From Thermodesulfovibrionales bacterium (lineage in GTDB: Bacteria; Nitrospirota; Thermodesulfovibrionia; Thermodesulfovibrionales; UBA1546): 64,000 nucleotides of DNA. Position numbers and translations under genes: made by a program. Numbering within the stretch: position 1 is the first letter of the stretch; every line of letters starts with the position of its first letter. This document shows, one piece after another, positions 47,067-56,808 of the stretch. A model generated the notes under the pieces. The model was not told the origin of the DNA, made no database searches, and saw nothing but the letters and a program-made list of their open reading frames with translations. Location of the stretch: the NCBI GenBank assembly GCA_049302185.1, contig JBAQLV010000010.1, positions 38,742-102,741 on the forward strand, written 5' to 3'.

Positions 47067-49270
47067 CGATTAAAGAACATATCAAGCTGATTATTAAGGC
47101 TGAGCACTGGGACCCCTTTCAAGCGCTTGGGATGCATGAAGTAAGAACGGAAGGCAAAAAGGCAGTAACAGTTCGCGCATTCATGCCTGATGCTGATAAG
47201 GCGTGGGTTGTTGATGCCGGCAAAAACAAATCCTATGAAATGGAAAAAACGAGCAAGGCAGGTTTTTTTGAGAAGGACTTTGAAAAAAGGAAAGATTTTT
47301 TCCAATATAAACTCAAGATAAAAACATCCGATAACCGCATTGCTGAATTTTTTGACCCTTATTCATTCCTGCCTGTGCTTTCGGATTTTGACCTTCATCT
47401 TATAGGCGAGGGAAGCCACTACAAGAAATACGAAAAACTCGGAGCCCACGTTATTGAGGTTAATGGGATTAAAGGCATTCATTTTGCAGTATGGGCGCCG
47501 AATGCGAAAAGGGTCAGCGTTGTGGGTGATTTCAACAACTGGGACGGAAGAAGGCATCAGATGCGCGTCCTTGGCTCATCAGGCGTGTGGGAGATATTTG
47601 TGCCGGGGCTTGATGAAGGAGAGGTTTATAAGTTTGAGATAAAGTCAAAGTCCGGTGAAATATTTCTGAAGGCAGACCCATATGCATTTTATTTTGAGGT
47701 CAGGCCAAAAAGCGCATCTGTTGTATATGACATAAACAGATACCGATGGAATGACAGCGAATGGCTTGAAATGCGTTCAGAAAAAAACTGGTTTGAATCT
47801 CCTGTCTCTGTTTATGAGGTTCACCTTGGCTCATGGATGCGTGTGCCAGAGGAAGAAAACCGTTTTCTCACTTACAGAGAGCTTGCTGATAAACTGATCG
47901 GCTATGTAAAGGATATGGGATATACACATATTGAACTCATGCCTGTAACAGAGCATCCGCTGGACGCTTCGTGGGGTTATCAAACAGTGGGGTATTTTGC
48001 TCCGACAAGCAGACACGGCGCGCCTGAAGACTTTATGTATTTTGTGGATAAATGCCACCAGAACAAGATAGGCGTTATCCTTGACTGGGTTCCAGCGCAT
48101 TTTCCAAAAGATGCGCATGGGCTTGGATATTTTGACGGCACAGCGCTCTATGAACATGCAGACCCGAGGAAAAGCGAGCACAAAGACTGGGGCACGCTGA
48201 TATTTAACTACGGAAGAAATGAGGTAAGGAATTTTCTGATATCAAGCGCGCTTTTCTGGCTCGAAAAATATCACATAGACGGTTTGCGTGTTGATGCTGT
48301 CGCCTCAATGATTTACCTTGATTATTCAAAAAAAGAAGGTGAATGGGTTCCAAATATATTCGGAGGAAGGGAAAACCTTGAGGCGATAGATTTCCTGAAA
48401 AGATTTAACGAAGTTGTTCACCGGCAGCATCCCGGCATTCTCACGATTGCAGAGGAATCAACTGCGTGGACAGGCGTATCAAGACCTACGTATCTCGGCG
48501 GGCTTGGCTTCAGCCTTAAGTGGAATATGGGATGGATGCATGACATTCTTGAGTATTTTTCAAAAGACCCTGTTTACAGGGAACATCACCACAGCAATCT
48601 TACGTTCAGCCTTCTTTATGCCTTTACGGAGAACTTTATGCTCGTCCTTTCTCACGATGAGGTTGTGCACGGGAAGAGTTCAATGCTCGGCAAGATGCCC
48701 GGAGATATGTGGCAGAAGTTTGCAAACCTTAGACTGCTGTATGGTTTCATGTACGGACATCCGGGGAAGAAACTGCTTTTTATGGGAAGTGAGTTCGGGC
48801 AGTGGGATGAGTGGGACTTTGACCACAGCCTTGACTGGCACCTTCTTCAGTATGAGCCTCATCAAAAACTTCAGCATTATATAAGAGACCTAAACAGGCT
48901 TTACAGAACAAAGCCGCCGCTACATGAGGTTGATTTCAGTTATTCAGGCTTTGAGTGGATAGATTTTCACGATACAGAGCAGAGCGTAATATCATTTATA
49001 AGAAAGGGGAAAAGGGCTGACGATTTCCTTGTGTTTGTGTGCAACTTTACTCCTTTGCCGAGATATAATTACAGGATAGGCGTGCCTGAATCGGGTTTAT
49101 ATAAAGAGATTTTAAACAGTGATTCTGCCGAATACTGGGGAAGCGGAATTGGAAATACAGAGGGTATTTTATCAGAAAATATTTCATGGAATGGAAGGCC
49201 TTATTCTATAAGCATCACATTGCCGCCGCTGGCAGTTGTCGTATTCAAGCCTGACAGGCTAAAGAACTGA
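47063..49270 (+). CDS. glgB: 1,4-alpha-glucan branching enzyme
   Basis: 735 aa with GH13 motifs [17 protein letters not shown] and EESTAW. Confidence 0.95.
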   Translation: MTIKEHIKLIIKAEHWDPFQALGMHEVRTEGKKAVTVRAFMPDADKAWVVDAGKNKSYEMEKTSKAGFFEKDFEKRKDFFQYKLKIKTSDNRIAEFFDPYSFLPVLSDFDLHLIGEGSHYKKYEKLGAHVIEVNGIKGIHFAVWAPNAKRVSVVGDFNNWDGRRHQMRVLGSSGVWEIFVPGLDEGEVYKFEIKSKSGEIFLKADPYAFYFEVRPKSASVVYDINRYRWNDSEWLEMRSEKNWFESPVSVYEVHLGSWMRVPEEENRFLTYRELADKLIGYVKDMGYTHIELMPVTEHPLDASWGYQTVGYFAPTSRHGAPEDFMYFVDKCHQNKIGVILDWVPAHFPKDAHGLGYFDGTALYEHADPRKSEHKDWGTLIFNYGRNEVRNFLISSALFWLEKYHIDGLRVDAVASMIYLDYSKKEGEWVPNIFGGRENLEAIDFLKRFNEVVHRQHPGILTIAEESTAWTGVSRPTYLGGLGFSLKWNMGWMHDILEYFSKDPVYREHHHSNLTFSLLYAFTENFMLVLSHDEVVHGKSSMLGKMPGDMWQKFANLRLLYGFMYGHPGKKLLFMGSEFGQWDEWDFDHSLDWHLLQYEPHQKLQHYIRDLNRLYRTKPPLHEVDFSYSGFEWIDFHDTEQSVISFIRKGKRADDFLVFVCNFTPLPRYNYRIGVPESGLYKEILNSDSAEYWGSGIGNTEGILSENISWNGRPYSISITLPPLAVVVFKPDRLKN

Positions 49271-49437
49271 TGATATTTTAAGAATGTTAACCTGAAAATA
49301 TTGTGCGATTCCACTGCTTTGTGTGATATGATTTTATTATGAAAGAGCACATTTATGAGGTTGCTGTTTAAATGAATGAACGTCAGCCGAGAAGCTTGAA
49401 CCTGTTTTTATGATATACTTAAACTTCATAAGAAGGG

Positions 49438-49740
49438 TTGAAAGGGCAACATATTTTGGAGATTGATGATTTAATAATAACCGCTGAAATACTTGATAAA
49501 CTCATATGGAAACATAATGTCACCGAGACAGAGGTCAGGCAGGTTTTTCTTGACGCACCCAGATACAGGTTTATTGAAAAAGGCAGATATAAAGGCGAAC
49601 ATCTATATCTTGCTCTCGGTGTTTCTGATTCAGGGAGGTATCTATCAGTGTTTTTTATTTATAAAAAAGACAAGAATGCCTTAATTGTAACAGCAAGAGA
49701 TATGACTGAGAAAGAAAGGAGGAGGTATGCAAAAAAGTAA
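49438..49740 (+). CDS. Putative type II toxin (BrnT/DUF497-like)
   Basis: 100 aa with KHNVTETEVRQVF...GRYLSVFF...ALIVTARDMTEKERRRY. TTG start, and it overlaps the antitoxin gene by 14 nt. Confidence 0.55.
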   Translation: MKGQHILEIDDLIITAEILDKLIWKHNVTETEVRQVFLDAPRYRFIEKGRYKGEHLYLALGVSDSGRYLSVFFIYKKDKNALIVTARDMTEKERRRYAKK

Positions 49741-49999
49741 GAAAAGTGTAGAACCTATTCCTGATGAGTTCACAACACTTGTGGAAGCATCTGATTTCTG
49801 GGATACCCATGATATTTCTGACTACTGGAATAAGACAAAAGAGGTAAAGTTTCAGGTAAGACTGAAAAAAGAACCAAAATATGTTGCTATTGAAGAGAAA
49901 CTTGCAAAAAAAGTTTTTAATATAGCAAAGAAAAAACATATTTCAACAGAGACGCTTATTAACCTATGGCTCAAAGAAAAACTACCTGCTGTGAAATAA
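49727..49999 (+). CDS. CopG/BrnA-type antitoxin
   Basis: 90 aa with the EASDFWDTHDISDYW motif and a C-terminal RHH-like segment. Confidence 0.7.
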   Translation: MQKSKKSVEPIPDEFTTLVEASDFWDTHDISDYWNKTKEVKFQVRLKKEPKYVAIEEKLAKKVFNIAKKKHISTETLINLWLKEKLPAVK

Positions 50000-50004
50000 G
50001 GATT

Positions 50005-50033
50005 GTTCACAGTTCACGGTTCACAGTTCACGG
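50005..50033. repeat. Heptamer array GTTCACR x4
   Basis: gttcaca gttcacg gttcaca gttcacg, between the antitoxin stop and the four-helix-bundle start. Confidence 0.9.
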
Positions 50034-50071
50034 ATTGGGGACAGGGTTTTTTGCTGTCAACAGGAGGTAGC

Positions 50072-50265
50072 ATGGGTTTTAATTTTGAAAAACTGGATGT
50101 TTACAAAGAAGCACTATATTTTGCAAATGAGATCTATCAGATCACTAAACGGTACCCAAAAGATGAGATATTTGGGATAACGAATCAAATAAGAAGGTCG
50201 TCTACGTCTATAGCTCAAAATATTGCAGAGGGCAGTGGTCGAACAAAGAAAGAGTTTCCTCCTGA
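50072..50265 (+). pseudogene. Four-helix-bundle protein (23S rRNA intervening-sequence protein / Avd-like family), 3'-truncated
   Basis: MGFNFEKLDVYKEALYFANEIYQITKRYPKDEIFGITNQIRRSSTSIAQNIAEGSGR is a typical family N-terminus. It breaks off after about 65 residues and reads straight into kinase sequence. Confidence 0.7.
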
Positions 50266-51520
50266 AAGAAGAAATGAGGCATGTGTGAAATGCCACGCTG
50301 CCGTGCGCGGCAACCTTAAGGATGTAGATATCTTTGTGAAATCACTTGAAAAGGATCATGAGAAGGACATAAAAGATTTTGATGCCTTCAGATTTTATGT
50401 GCTTGGATTTTTCTTTATTGGAGCGGTTTTTATTGTGTTTTATATAAGGCAGAGCATTGTTATGCCTGTAGGAAGGCTTAAGGATGCAGCAAAAGAGATT
50501 GAAAAAGGAGATTTTTATGTCAGGGTTGATGTAAAAACGAGCGATGATATCGGGACACTCAGTAAGACATTCAATGAAACGGCTAAGTCTCTTGATTTTC
50601 TTTTTAAAGAGGATATGGAACTTCTGCAGGAACTTGAAGAAAAAGTAAAGGAGAGGACGAAGGAGCTTGAGGGTGCAAACCTTGAGCTTCAAACCTTCAA
50701 CAGAGAGATTCAGCTAAGGAGGGTTGAGGCTGAGGAGGCAAGGCTTTAGGCAGAGGCTGCAAGCAGGGCAAAATCAGAATTCCTTGCAAATATGTCGCAT
50801 GAATTAAGGACACCGTTGAATTCAGTCATAGGCTTTTCAGAGGTTTTGACTGAAGGACTGGCAGGCGATATCACAGACAAGCAGAAAGAATATATTCAGG
50901 ATATATGGGGAAGCGGGAAACATCTTTTGCGGCTTATAAATGATATGCTTGACCTCTCAAAGATAGAGGCGGGCATGATGGAGCTTGACCTCAGTGAAGT
51001 TGACATTAAAGAGCTTATTGAGGGAACTATGCTGATGTTTAAGGAGAAGGCAATAAAACACAAAATTAAATTTACTTCTAACATCCCTGATGATATAGGG
51101 TCTGTGACTGCTGATGCTGTGAAGATAAAACGGGTGCTCCTGAATCTCCTCGGCAATGCCTTCAAGTTTACGGATGACGGTGGAGCCGTCTCTGTGCGGG
51201 CGCGGAGGATACATGATACAAGATACATGATGCAGGATAAAGATATCATGTATCGTGAATCAGGCATCGTGCATCCCGACGGAAATTTCGATAAAATTTC
51301 CGTCGCTGACACAGGCATCGGCATTTCCCCTGAAGACCAGAAGAGACTCTTTCAGCCGTTCCAGCAGCTTGAATCTACGCTTACAAAGAAATATGAAGGC
51401 ACAGGACTTGGACTCAGCATCAGCAAAAGGATTGTTGAATTTCACGGCGGCAGGATTTGGGCTGAGAGCGAGGAAGGAAAGGGAAGCAGGTTTATATTTG
51501 TAATACCGGTGAGGAAATGA
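50266..51520 (+). pseudogene. Sensor histidine kinase, 5'-truncated and interrupted by an in-frame TAG
   Basis: CVKCH heme-c motif, one TM, HAMP and a coiled coil. TAG at 50747-50749 is followed in the same frame by [22 protein letters not shown] (H-box) and HATPase_c. Confidence 0.75.
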
Positions 51521-51906
51521 AAATATTGATTGTTGAGGATAATGAAGAGAACCTGAAGCTTTTTAATATCATAGTGGAATCCGGGGGACATACCACTATT
51601 CTTGCAAGGGACGGTGAAGAAACTGTTGAGACCGCTAAAAGGGAAATTCCTGACATCATACTTATGGATATACAGATGCCGAAGATGAACGGTATTGAGG
51701 CGGCAAAAATACTTAAATCAGAGCAGTCCACTGCAAAGATACCGATAATAGCCCTTACGGCATATGCGATGATAGAGGAAAGAGAAAAATTGGGCGGAGA
51801 GTGGTTTGACGGCTACATTTCAAAGCCGGTTGGTGTAAAGGACATTCTGAATGTAATTGATGAAATAACTCAGCAGAAAGGGGAGAGATACGATACCACG
51901 GACTGA
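51517..51906 (+). CDS. Single-domain response regulator (CheY-like receiver)
   Basis: 129 aa with the DNEEN acidic pocket, phospho-acceptor MDIQMP and ALTA...K. Confidence 0.9.
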   Translation: MKILIVEDNEENLKLFNIIVESGGHTTILARDGEETVETAKREIPDIILMDIQMPKMNGIEAAKILKSEQSTAKIPIIALTAYAMIEEREKLGGEWFDGYISKPVGVKDILNVIDEITQQKGERYDTTD

Positions 51907-51928
51907 GAAAGGATATTTAAATGAGCCG

Positions 51929-53077
51929 ATAGGCATTATCCTTCTTAATCTCGGCGGGCCTGATTCTATTCAGGCTGTAAAGCCGTTTCTTTACAATTTA
52001 TTTTCAGACAGAAAGATAATTCAACTTGGCCCTCCATTCCTTCAAAAACCGATTGCACGGCTAATCTCAACACTGAGGTCTAAAAAAACAGAAAGTTGTT
52101 ACCGCCTCATAGGAGGCAGGTCTCCGATACTTGATATTACCAATGCACAGGCAAAGGCGCTGGAAGAAACGCTAAATCAGTTCAGCGTTCAGGGTTCAGC
52201 GTCAGAAAACTCCGAACTCCTAACTCCTAACTCCGAGAAATCCCCCCATCCCCCCTTTGTTAAAGGGGGGCGAGGGGGGATTAAAGTTTTCGTAGGAATG
52301 CGTTACTGGCATCCTTTGATAGAAGACGTGATACCTCAGATTTATAATGATGGAATTAGAAAACTTATCGCCATCAGCCTTTATCCCCAGTATTCTCTGG
52401 CAACATCAGGCTCAGCGCTTGTTAAATTTAAAGAAGCTGTAATAAATACTTATCAGCCGGATAAAACAGAGGTTGAAAAAATGAATAGTTCTTTTGAGTA
52501 TCATGGCAAGCCTTCTTTTACTGTTCACTATTCACTATTCACTATTCACTGTATTTTATCATGGTATGACCATCCGCTTTATATTAAGGCATTGGTGGAT
52601 GTGATAAAGAAGGGGATTGAATCTTTTAACTCCAAACTCCAAACTCCAAACTCTGAACTTAATATCCACGTTCTCTTCAGCGCCCACAGCCTTCCTGAAA
52701 AGTTTATTGATGAGGGTGACCCTTATGTGCGTCATATTGAGAGAACGATTGAAGAGATTGTAAAGCGGATACCAATAAAATGGCATCTGAGTTATCAATC
52801 CAAGAGCGGGCCTGTAAAATGGCTTGGGCCTTCAACAGACGAAAAACTTAAAGAACTTGCAGGCAGGAATGTTAAGAATATTCTCATTGTCCCGATAAGT
52901 TTTGTATCTGACCATATTGAGACGCTTTATGAGATTGATATATTATATATGCAGATGGCAAAAGACCTCGGAATTAATCTGAGACGAACAGATTCCCTGA
53001 ACACACATCCGCTTTTTATTGAAGCGCTGAAAGATATAGTAATAAAAAACATGAAGGAGCTTGGTTGGACAGAATAG
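51929..53077 (+). CDS. hemH: Ferrochelatase (start codon unresolved)
   Basis: The conserved N-terminus GIILLNLGGPDS...FLYNLFSD...IGGRSP is in frame from at least 51932. There is no ATG/GTG/TTG in frame after the stop at 51866-51868. The track start at 52298 would delete about 120 conserved residues. SAHSLPE and DHIETLYE motifs are present. Confidence 0.85.
   Translation: MGIILLNLGGPDSIQAVKPFLYNLFSDRKIIQLGPPFLQKPIARLISTLRSKKTESCYRLIGGRSPILDITNAQAKALEETLNQFSVQGSASENSELLTPNSEKSPHPPFVKGGRGGIKVFVGMRYWHPLIEDVIPQIYNDGIRKLIAISLYPQYSLATSGSALVKFKEAVINTYQPDKTEVEKMNSSFEYHGKPSFTVHYSLFTIHCILSWYDHPLYIKALVDVIKKGIESFNSKLQTPNSELNIHVLFSAHSLPEKFIDEGDPYVRHIERTIEEIVKRIPIKWHLSYQSKSGPVKWLGPSTDEKLKELAGRNVKNILIVPISFVSDHIETLYEIDILYMQMAKDLGINLRRTDSLNTHPLFIEALKDIVIKNMKELGWTE
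52178..52282. repeat. Composite in-frame insertion in hemH: GTTCAG-type heptamers, inverted AACTCCN heptamers, then a GC-rich palindrome (52241-52281)
   Basis: Read directly. It encodes SVQGSASENSELLTPNSEKSPHPPFVKGGRGG just upstream of the conserved VGMRYWHP. Confidence 0.9.
52521..52555. repeat. Heptamer array CTGTTCA CTATTCA x3 CTGTATT inside hemH
   Basis: It encodes FTVHYSLFTIHCI. The same CTATTCA unit appears at 38686-38699. Confidence 0.9.
52628..52660. repeat. Heptamer array AACTCCA x3 AACTCTG AACTT inside hemH
   Basis: It encodes NSKLQTPNSEL just before the conserved LFSAHSLPE. Confidence 0.9.
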
Positions 53078-54456
53078 TCATTGTAGGCGGCGGTATTTCA
53101 GGGCTTTCGCTATCCTATGCGCTTCTTGAATCTAACCCATCAGCAGACGTAGTAATATTTGAATCCGAAAAAAGACCCGGCGGAAAGATATGGACAGAAA
53201 AAGTGAACGGTTTTCTCTGCGAAGGCGGAGCTAACGGTTTTCTTGACAACAGGCCAAAGACTTTAGAGCTTGCCTCAAAACTTCTGATTAATCCGCTGAG
53301 AAGCAGTGACGCAGCCAGAAAGAGATATGTTTTTTCTGGCGGGAAATTAAACATTCTGCCTGAATCTCCTTTATCGTTTCTTACTTCCGATCTCTTGAGC
53401 CTTTACGGACGCTTAAGGGTAATGTATGAGTTTTTCGCTCCAAGTCGGTACGACTCGCAACCGAGGGACAGCTCAGATGATGAAACCCTTGCTGATTTTG
53501 CAAGGAGAAGACTCGGCAAAGAAGCATACGAAAAACTCATTGATCCGATGGCATCAGGCATTTATGCGGGGAATCCTGAGTCGCTAAGCCTTAAAAGTTG
53601 TTTTCCAAAGGTATTCAAACTTGAAGAGAAATACGGAAGCCTTATAAAAGGCATGATAAAACTGAAGAGAGAGGCTAAAAAATCAGGAAATCAAAAAATC
53701 GGAGCCGGCCCCGGAGGCACGCTTACATCTTTTCACGACGGCATGGGAATGATGATAGATTCCATGAAAAATTCATTGAAGGAAAGACTCAGAGCCGGGA
53801 GCAAAGTAATCTCTGTTGAAAGGAAGAATAAGGGTTATGCTGTCCATCTCTCTGACGGCATGGTTGTAGAAGCTGAGATTGTTGTCATTGCATCTCCTGC
53901 ATATTCAGCAGCGGAGATTTTAAAAAATCTTGACAGGCATCTCTCATCGGTTCTTTCAGAAATAACGTATCCTTCTGTCTCTGTTGTGTGTTTTGGATAC
54001 AGGAAAGAACGCATTGCTCATAAACTGGATGGATTTGGTTTTCTCATCCCATATAGGGAGCGCAGAAAAATCCTCGGTTCATTATGGGATTCAAGCATTT
54101 TTCCCGGAAGGGCTCCTGACGGATATGCGCTTTTAAGGAGCATGGTGGGAGGCGCAAGGGCATCCGAGATTGCGATGCAAGATGACAGCAGGCTGATAGA
54201 CATTGTGGCAGAGGAATTAGGGCATATTATGGATATAAAAGTTCAGCCTGATTTTGTAAAAATTTACAGACACGAAAAGGCAATTCCGCAGTATAATATA
54301 GGTCATGACAGGAAATTGAAAGCAGTTGACGAGATGTTATTAAAATACAGAAACCTGTATTTAACAGGGAATGCATACAGGGGAATAGGCGTTAATGACT
54401 GCATAGAAAATTCATATAAATTGGCAGGGACAATAATCAGAAAGGAGGAAATATAA
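53065..54456 (+). CDS. hemY: Protoporphyrinogen/coproporphyrinogen oxidase (HemY type, FAD-dependent)
   Basis: 463 aa with IVGGGISGLS dinucleotide-binding N-terminus. It overlaps the hemH end. Confidence 0.88.
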   Translation: MDRIVIVGGGISGLSLSYALLESNPSADVVIFESEKRPGGKIWTEKVNGFLCEGGANGFLDNRPKTLELASKLLINPLRSSDAARKRYVFSGGKLNILPESPLSFLTSDLLSLYGRLRVMYEFFAPSRYDSQPRDSSDDETLADFARRRLGKEAYEKLIDPMASGIYAGNPESLSLKSCFPKVFKLEEKYGSLIKGMIKLKREAKKSGNQKIGAGPGGTLTSFHDGMGMMIDSMKNSLKERLRAGSKVISVERKNKGYAVHLSDGMVVEAEIVVIASPAYSAAEILKNLDRHLSSVLSEITYPSVSVVCFGYRKERIAHKLDGFGFLIPYRERRKILGSLWDSSIFPGRAPDGYALLRSMVGGARASEIAMQDDSRLIDIVAEELGHIMDIKVQPDFVKIYRHEKAIPQYNIGHDRKLKAVDEMLLKYRNLYLTGNAYRGIGVNDCIENSYKLAGTIIRKEEI

Positions 54457-54457
54457 A

Positions 54458-54688
54458 TTGAAAGAACAGGAGATAGCAGAGATTCTTTTAAAGGAAAACG
54501 AGGAGTATAAAAAACTTGGAGAGGAACATAAAAGTCTTGAAGGGGTGCTTGCAGAAATAGACAAGAAAGTTTATCTCACACCGGAAGGAGAGGTAGAGAG
54601 AAAGAGGATTCAGAAACTGAAACTTACAAAAAAGGACAGAATGGCAGAGCTTATAAGGGAATACAAAAAGAGCCATTCGCTGAATTAA
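54458..54688 (+). CDS. DUF465 (YdcH-like) small coiled-coil protein
   Basis: 76 aa with the LKLTKKDRMAELI-type C-terminus. TTG start. Confidence 0.65.
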   Translation: MKEQEIAEILLKENEEYKKLGEEHKSLEGVLAEIDKKVYLTPEGEVERKRIQKLKLTKKDRMAELIREYKKSHSLN

Positions 54689-54730
54689 ACCTGAATTGAG
54701 CGATTCTATACTCTGTAATTCTGTCTTGTC

Positions 54731-54806
54731 TGTCATTCCGACTTGTTCGGAATCCTTCCTGCTTGTCAGGAATCGTCAGAAAGATGCTGGACAAGCCAGC
54801 ATGACA
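54731..54806. repeat. Family A hairpin mosaic, inverted relative to 4684-4765
   Basis: tgtcattccgacttgttcggaatc + cttcctgcttgtcaggaatc + gatgctggacaagccagcatgaca, the same three modules as the 4.7-kb copy. Confidence 0.85.
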
Positions 54807-54865
54807 AAAAAGGGTGAGGGGTATTTTCGGGTCAATGACAGGAATAAGAAAGGGGTTTTGTTTTC

Positions 54866-56518
54866 ATGAGAAGCAGGACAATTAAGGAAGGATTAGAGCG
54901 TGTTCCGCACAGGGCGCTCCTTTATGCGACAGGCATTCCAAAGAGTGAAATGAAAAAGCCGTTTATCGGCGTTGCAACAAGTTTCACTGATATTATTCCG
55001 GGACACATTGGCATGAGGGATCTGGAGAGATTCATAGAGAAAGGAATACATACAGGAGGAGGCTATCCGTTCTTTTTTGGAATTCCCGGCATCTGCGACG
55101 GCATTGCAATGGGACACAGCGGCATGCATTATTCTCTTCCGTCAAGGGAACTGATTGCCGACATGGTGGAGACTATAGCTCAGGCACATCAGCTTGACGG
55201 GCTTGTGCTCCTTACTAACTGCGACAAGATTACGCCCGGAATGCTCATGGCTGCGGCAAGGATTAATATCCCCTCAATAGTCGTTACTGCAGGCCCTATG
55301 ATTTCAGGACATCTAAGGGGCAAAAGGCTTTCGCTTGTCAATGACACCTTTGAAGCAGTTGGAAAGTATAAAAAAGGGTTGATAAAAAATGATGAGCTTG
55401 AAGCGCTTGAAATGTGCGCATGTCCGGGCGCAGGCTCATGTCAGGGCATGTACACTGCAAATACAATGGCATGCGTTACAGAATCGCTCGGTATGAGTCT
55501 TCCAAGATGCGCCACTGCGCTTGCTGTATCTGCCGACAAGAGGAGAATAGCCTTTGCAAGCGGAGAGCGCATCGTTGAACTGGTAAAGAAAAATATCACG
55601 CCGAGAAAGATAATGACGCGGAAGGCGTTTGAGAATGCGATAATGGCTGACCTTGCATTAGGCGGCTCAACCAATACTGTCCTTCACATCCCTGCAATAG
55701 CGCATGATGCAGGAGTGGAACTTCCGCTTGAGGCATTTGATATCCTGAGCAAGAAAACCCCTCATCTTGCAAATATGCTTCCCGGAGGCGAGCATTATCT
55801 TGAAGACCTTGAATGGGCAGGAGGCATCCCGGCTTTGATGAAGAGATTAAGGGGGAGTTTGAATAATTGCATGACAGTAAGCGGCAGGAGTATTTTTGAG
55901 ATTGCTGATTCCGCAGAGATTATAAATGAAAACGTTATAAGGCCTCTGAGCAAGGCTTATCATAAAGAAGGAGGCATCGCAATCCTGAGGGGCAATCTTG
56001 CGCCTGACGGAGCAGTTGTAAAACAGTCTGCCGTTAGCAAGAACATGATGAAGTTTGAAGGCAGCGCAAAGGTGTTTAACTCAGAGGAAGAGGGCATGAA
56101 GGCAATCCTCAATGGAAAGATAAAGGCAGGCGATGTTGTTGTTATCAGGTATGAGGGGCCTAAGGGAGGTCCCGGAATGAGGGAAATGCTTTCTCCGACA
56201 GCAACAATCGCGGGCATGGGATTGAGCGAATCAGTTGCCCTGATAACAGACGGAAGGTTTTCAGGCGGGACAAGAGGCCCATGCATAGGGCACATATCGC
56301 CTGAAGCAATGGAAGGCGGAATCATAGCAATTATCAAAAACGGCGACAGGATAAAAATTGACATTCCATGGAGAAGGGTTGATGTTCTTCTCTCCGAGAA
56401 AGAGATAAAGGAAAGGCTCAGCAAGTGGAAACCGCCAAAGCCTAAGATAACAAAGGGCTATCTTTCAAGATACGCAAGGATGGTCACTTCTGCTGGAACA
56501 GGAGCGGTGATGAAGTAG
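54866..56518 (+). CDS. ilvD: Dihydroxy-acid dehydratase
   Basis: 550 aa with CDKITPGM, Fe-S ligand context and GGSTN. Confidence 0.95.
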   Translation: MRSRTIKEGLERVPHRALLYATGIPKSEMKKPFIGVATSFTDIIPGHIGMRDLERFIEKGIHTGGGYPFFFGIPGICDGIAMGHSGMHYSLPSRELIADMVETIAQAHQLDGLVLLTNCDKITPGMLMAAARINIPSIVVTAGPMISGHLRGKRLSLVNDTFEAVGKYKKGLIKNDELEALEMCACPGAGSCQGMYTANTMACVTESLGMSLPRCATALAVSADKRRIAFASGERIVELVKKNITPRKIMTRKAFENAIMADLALGGSTNTVLHIPAIAHDAGVELPLEAFDILSKKTPHLANMLPGGEHYLEDLEWAGGIPALMKRLRGSLNNCMTVSGRSIFEIADSAEIINENVIRPLSKAYHKEGGIAILRGNLAPDGAVVKQSAVSKNMMKFEGSAKVFNSEEEGMKAILNGKIKAGDVVVIRYEGPKGGPGMREMLSPTATIAGMGLSESVALITDGRFSGGTRGPCIGHISPEAMEGGIIAIIKNGDRIKIDIPWRRVDVLLSEKEIKERLSKWKPPKPKITKGYLSRYARMVTSAGTGAVMK

Positions 56519-56559
56519 CGTCTTGAGTGCTTGAGAAGCTTGAAAGGTTTTGACGTTAG

Positions 56560-56808
56560 TCATACATCTTCTCTGGCCTCAGACCACTTTTTAAACCGAC
56601 CACGTTTGAAATCCTCATCGCCGCTCATAATGCTATTCAGAAAATCTTTATCCTTGATAATCTCTTTTGTAGCTTCGAGTTCCTTAATTTCTCGTTCTGC
56701 CTGACGCATTCCTGCCGTGTCTTTAGGCTTCCACCTGTTGTCCCAGCCTTTCTTGTGCGGTTTGCATAATCCACAACTTCTTTTTTTAGTTTTGTATTGT
56801 TTTCTCAT
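56560..56808 (-). CDS. Small basic CxxC protein with an antitoxin-like C-terminal helix
   Basis: 82 aa. The N-terminus reads KKRSCGLCKPHKKGWDNRWK. The C-terminal IIKDKDFLNSIMSGDEDFKRGRFKKWSE resembles tails of archaeal/thermophile Phd/RelB-type antitoxins. Confidence 0.45.
   Translation of the reverse strand: MRKQYKTKKRSCGLCKPHKKGWDNRWKPKDTAGMRQAEREIKELEATKEIIKDKDFLNSIMSGDEDFKRGRFKKWSEAREDV

Noticed and set aside
49389-49400. Shared 12-mer GAGAAGCTTGAA after glgB and after ilvD (56533-56544), considered as a possible attachment site for the two downstream cassettes.
   Set aside because: Exact 12-mer matches are expected many times by chance in a 64-kb window when both strands are considered. 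The flanking similarity is weak.
50747-50749. In-frame TAG in the histidine kinase as pyrrolysine or another recoding event.
   Set aside because: There are no pyl genes or any other recoded TAG in the window. The gene is also 5'-truncated, so a nonsense mutation in a decaying gene (or a sequencing error) is the simpler reading.
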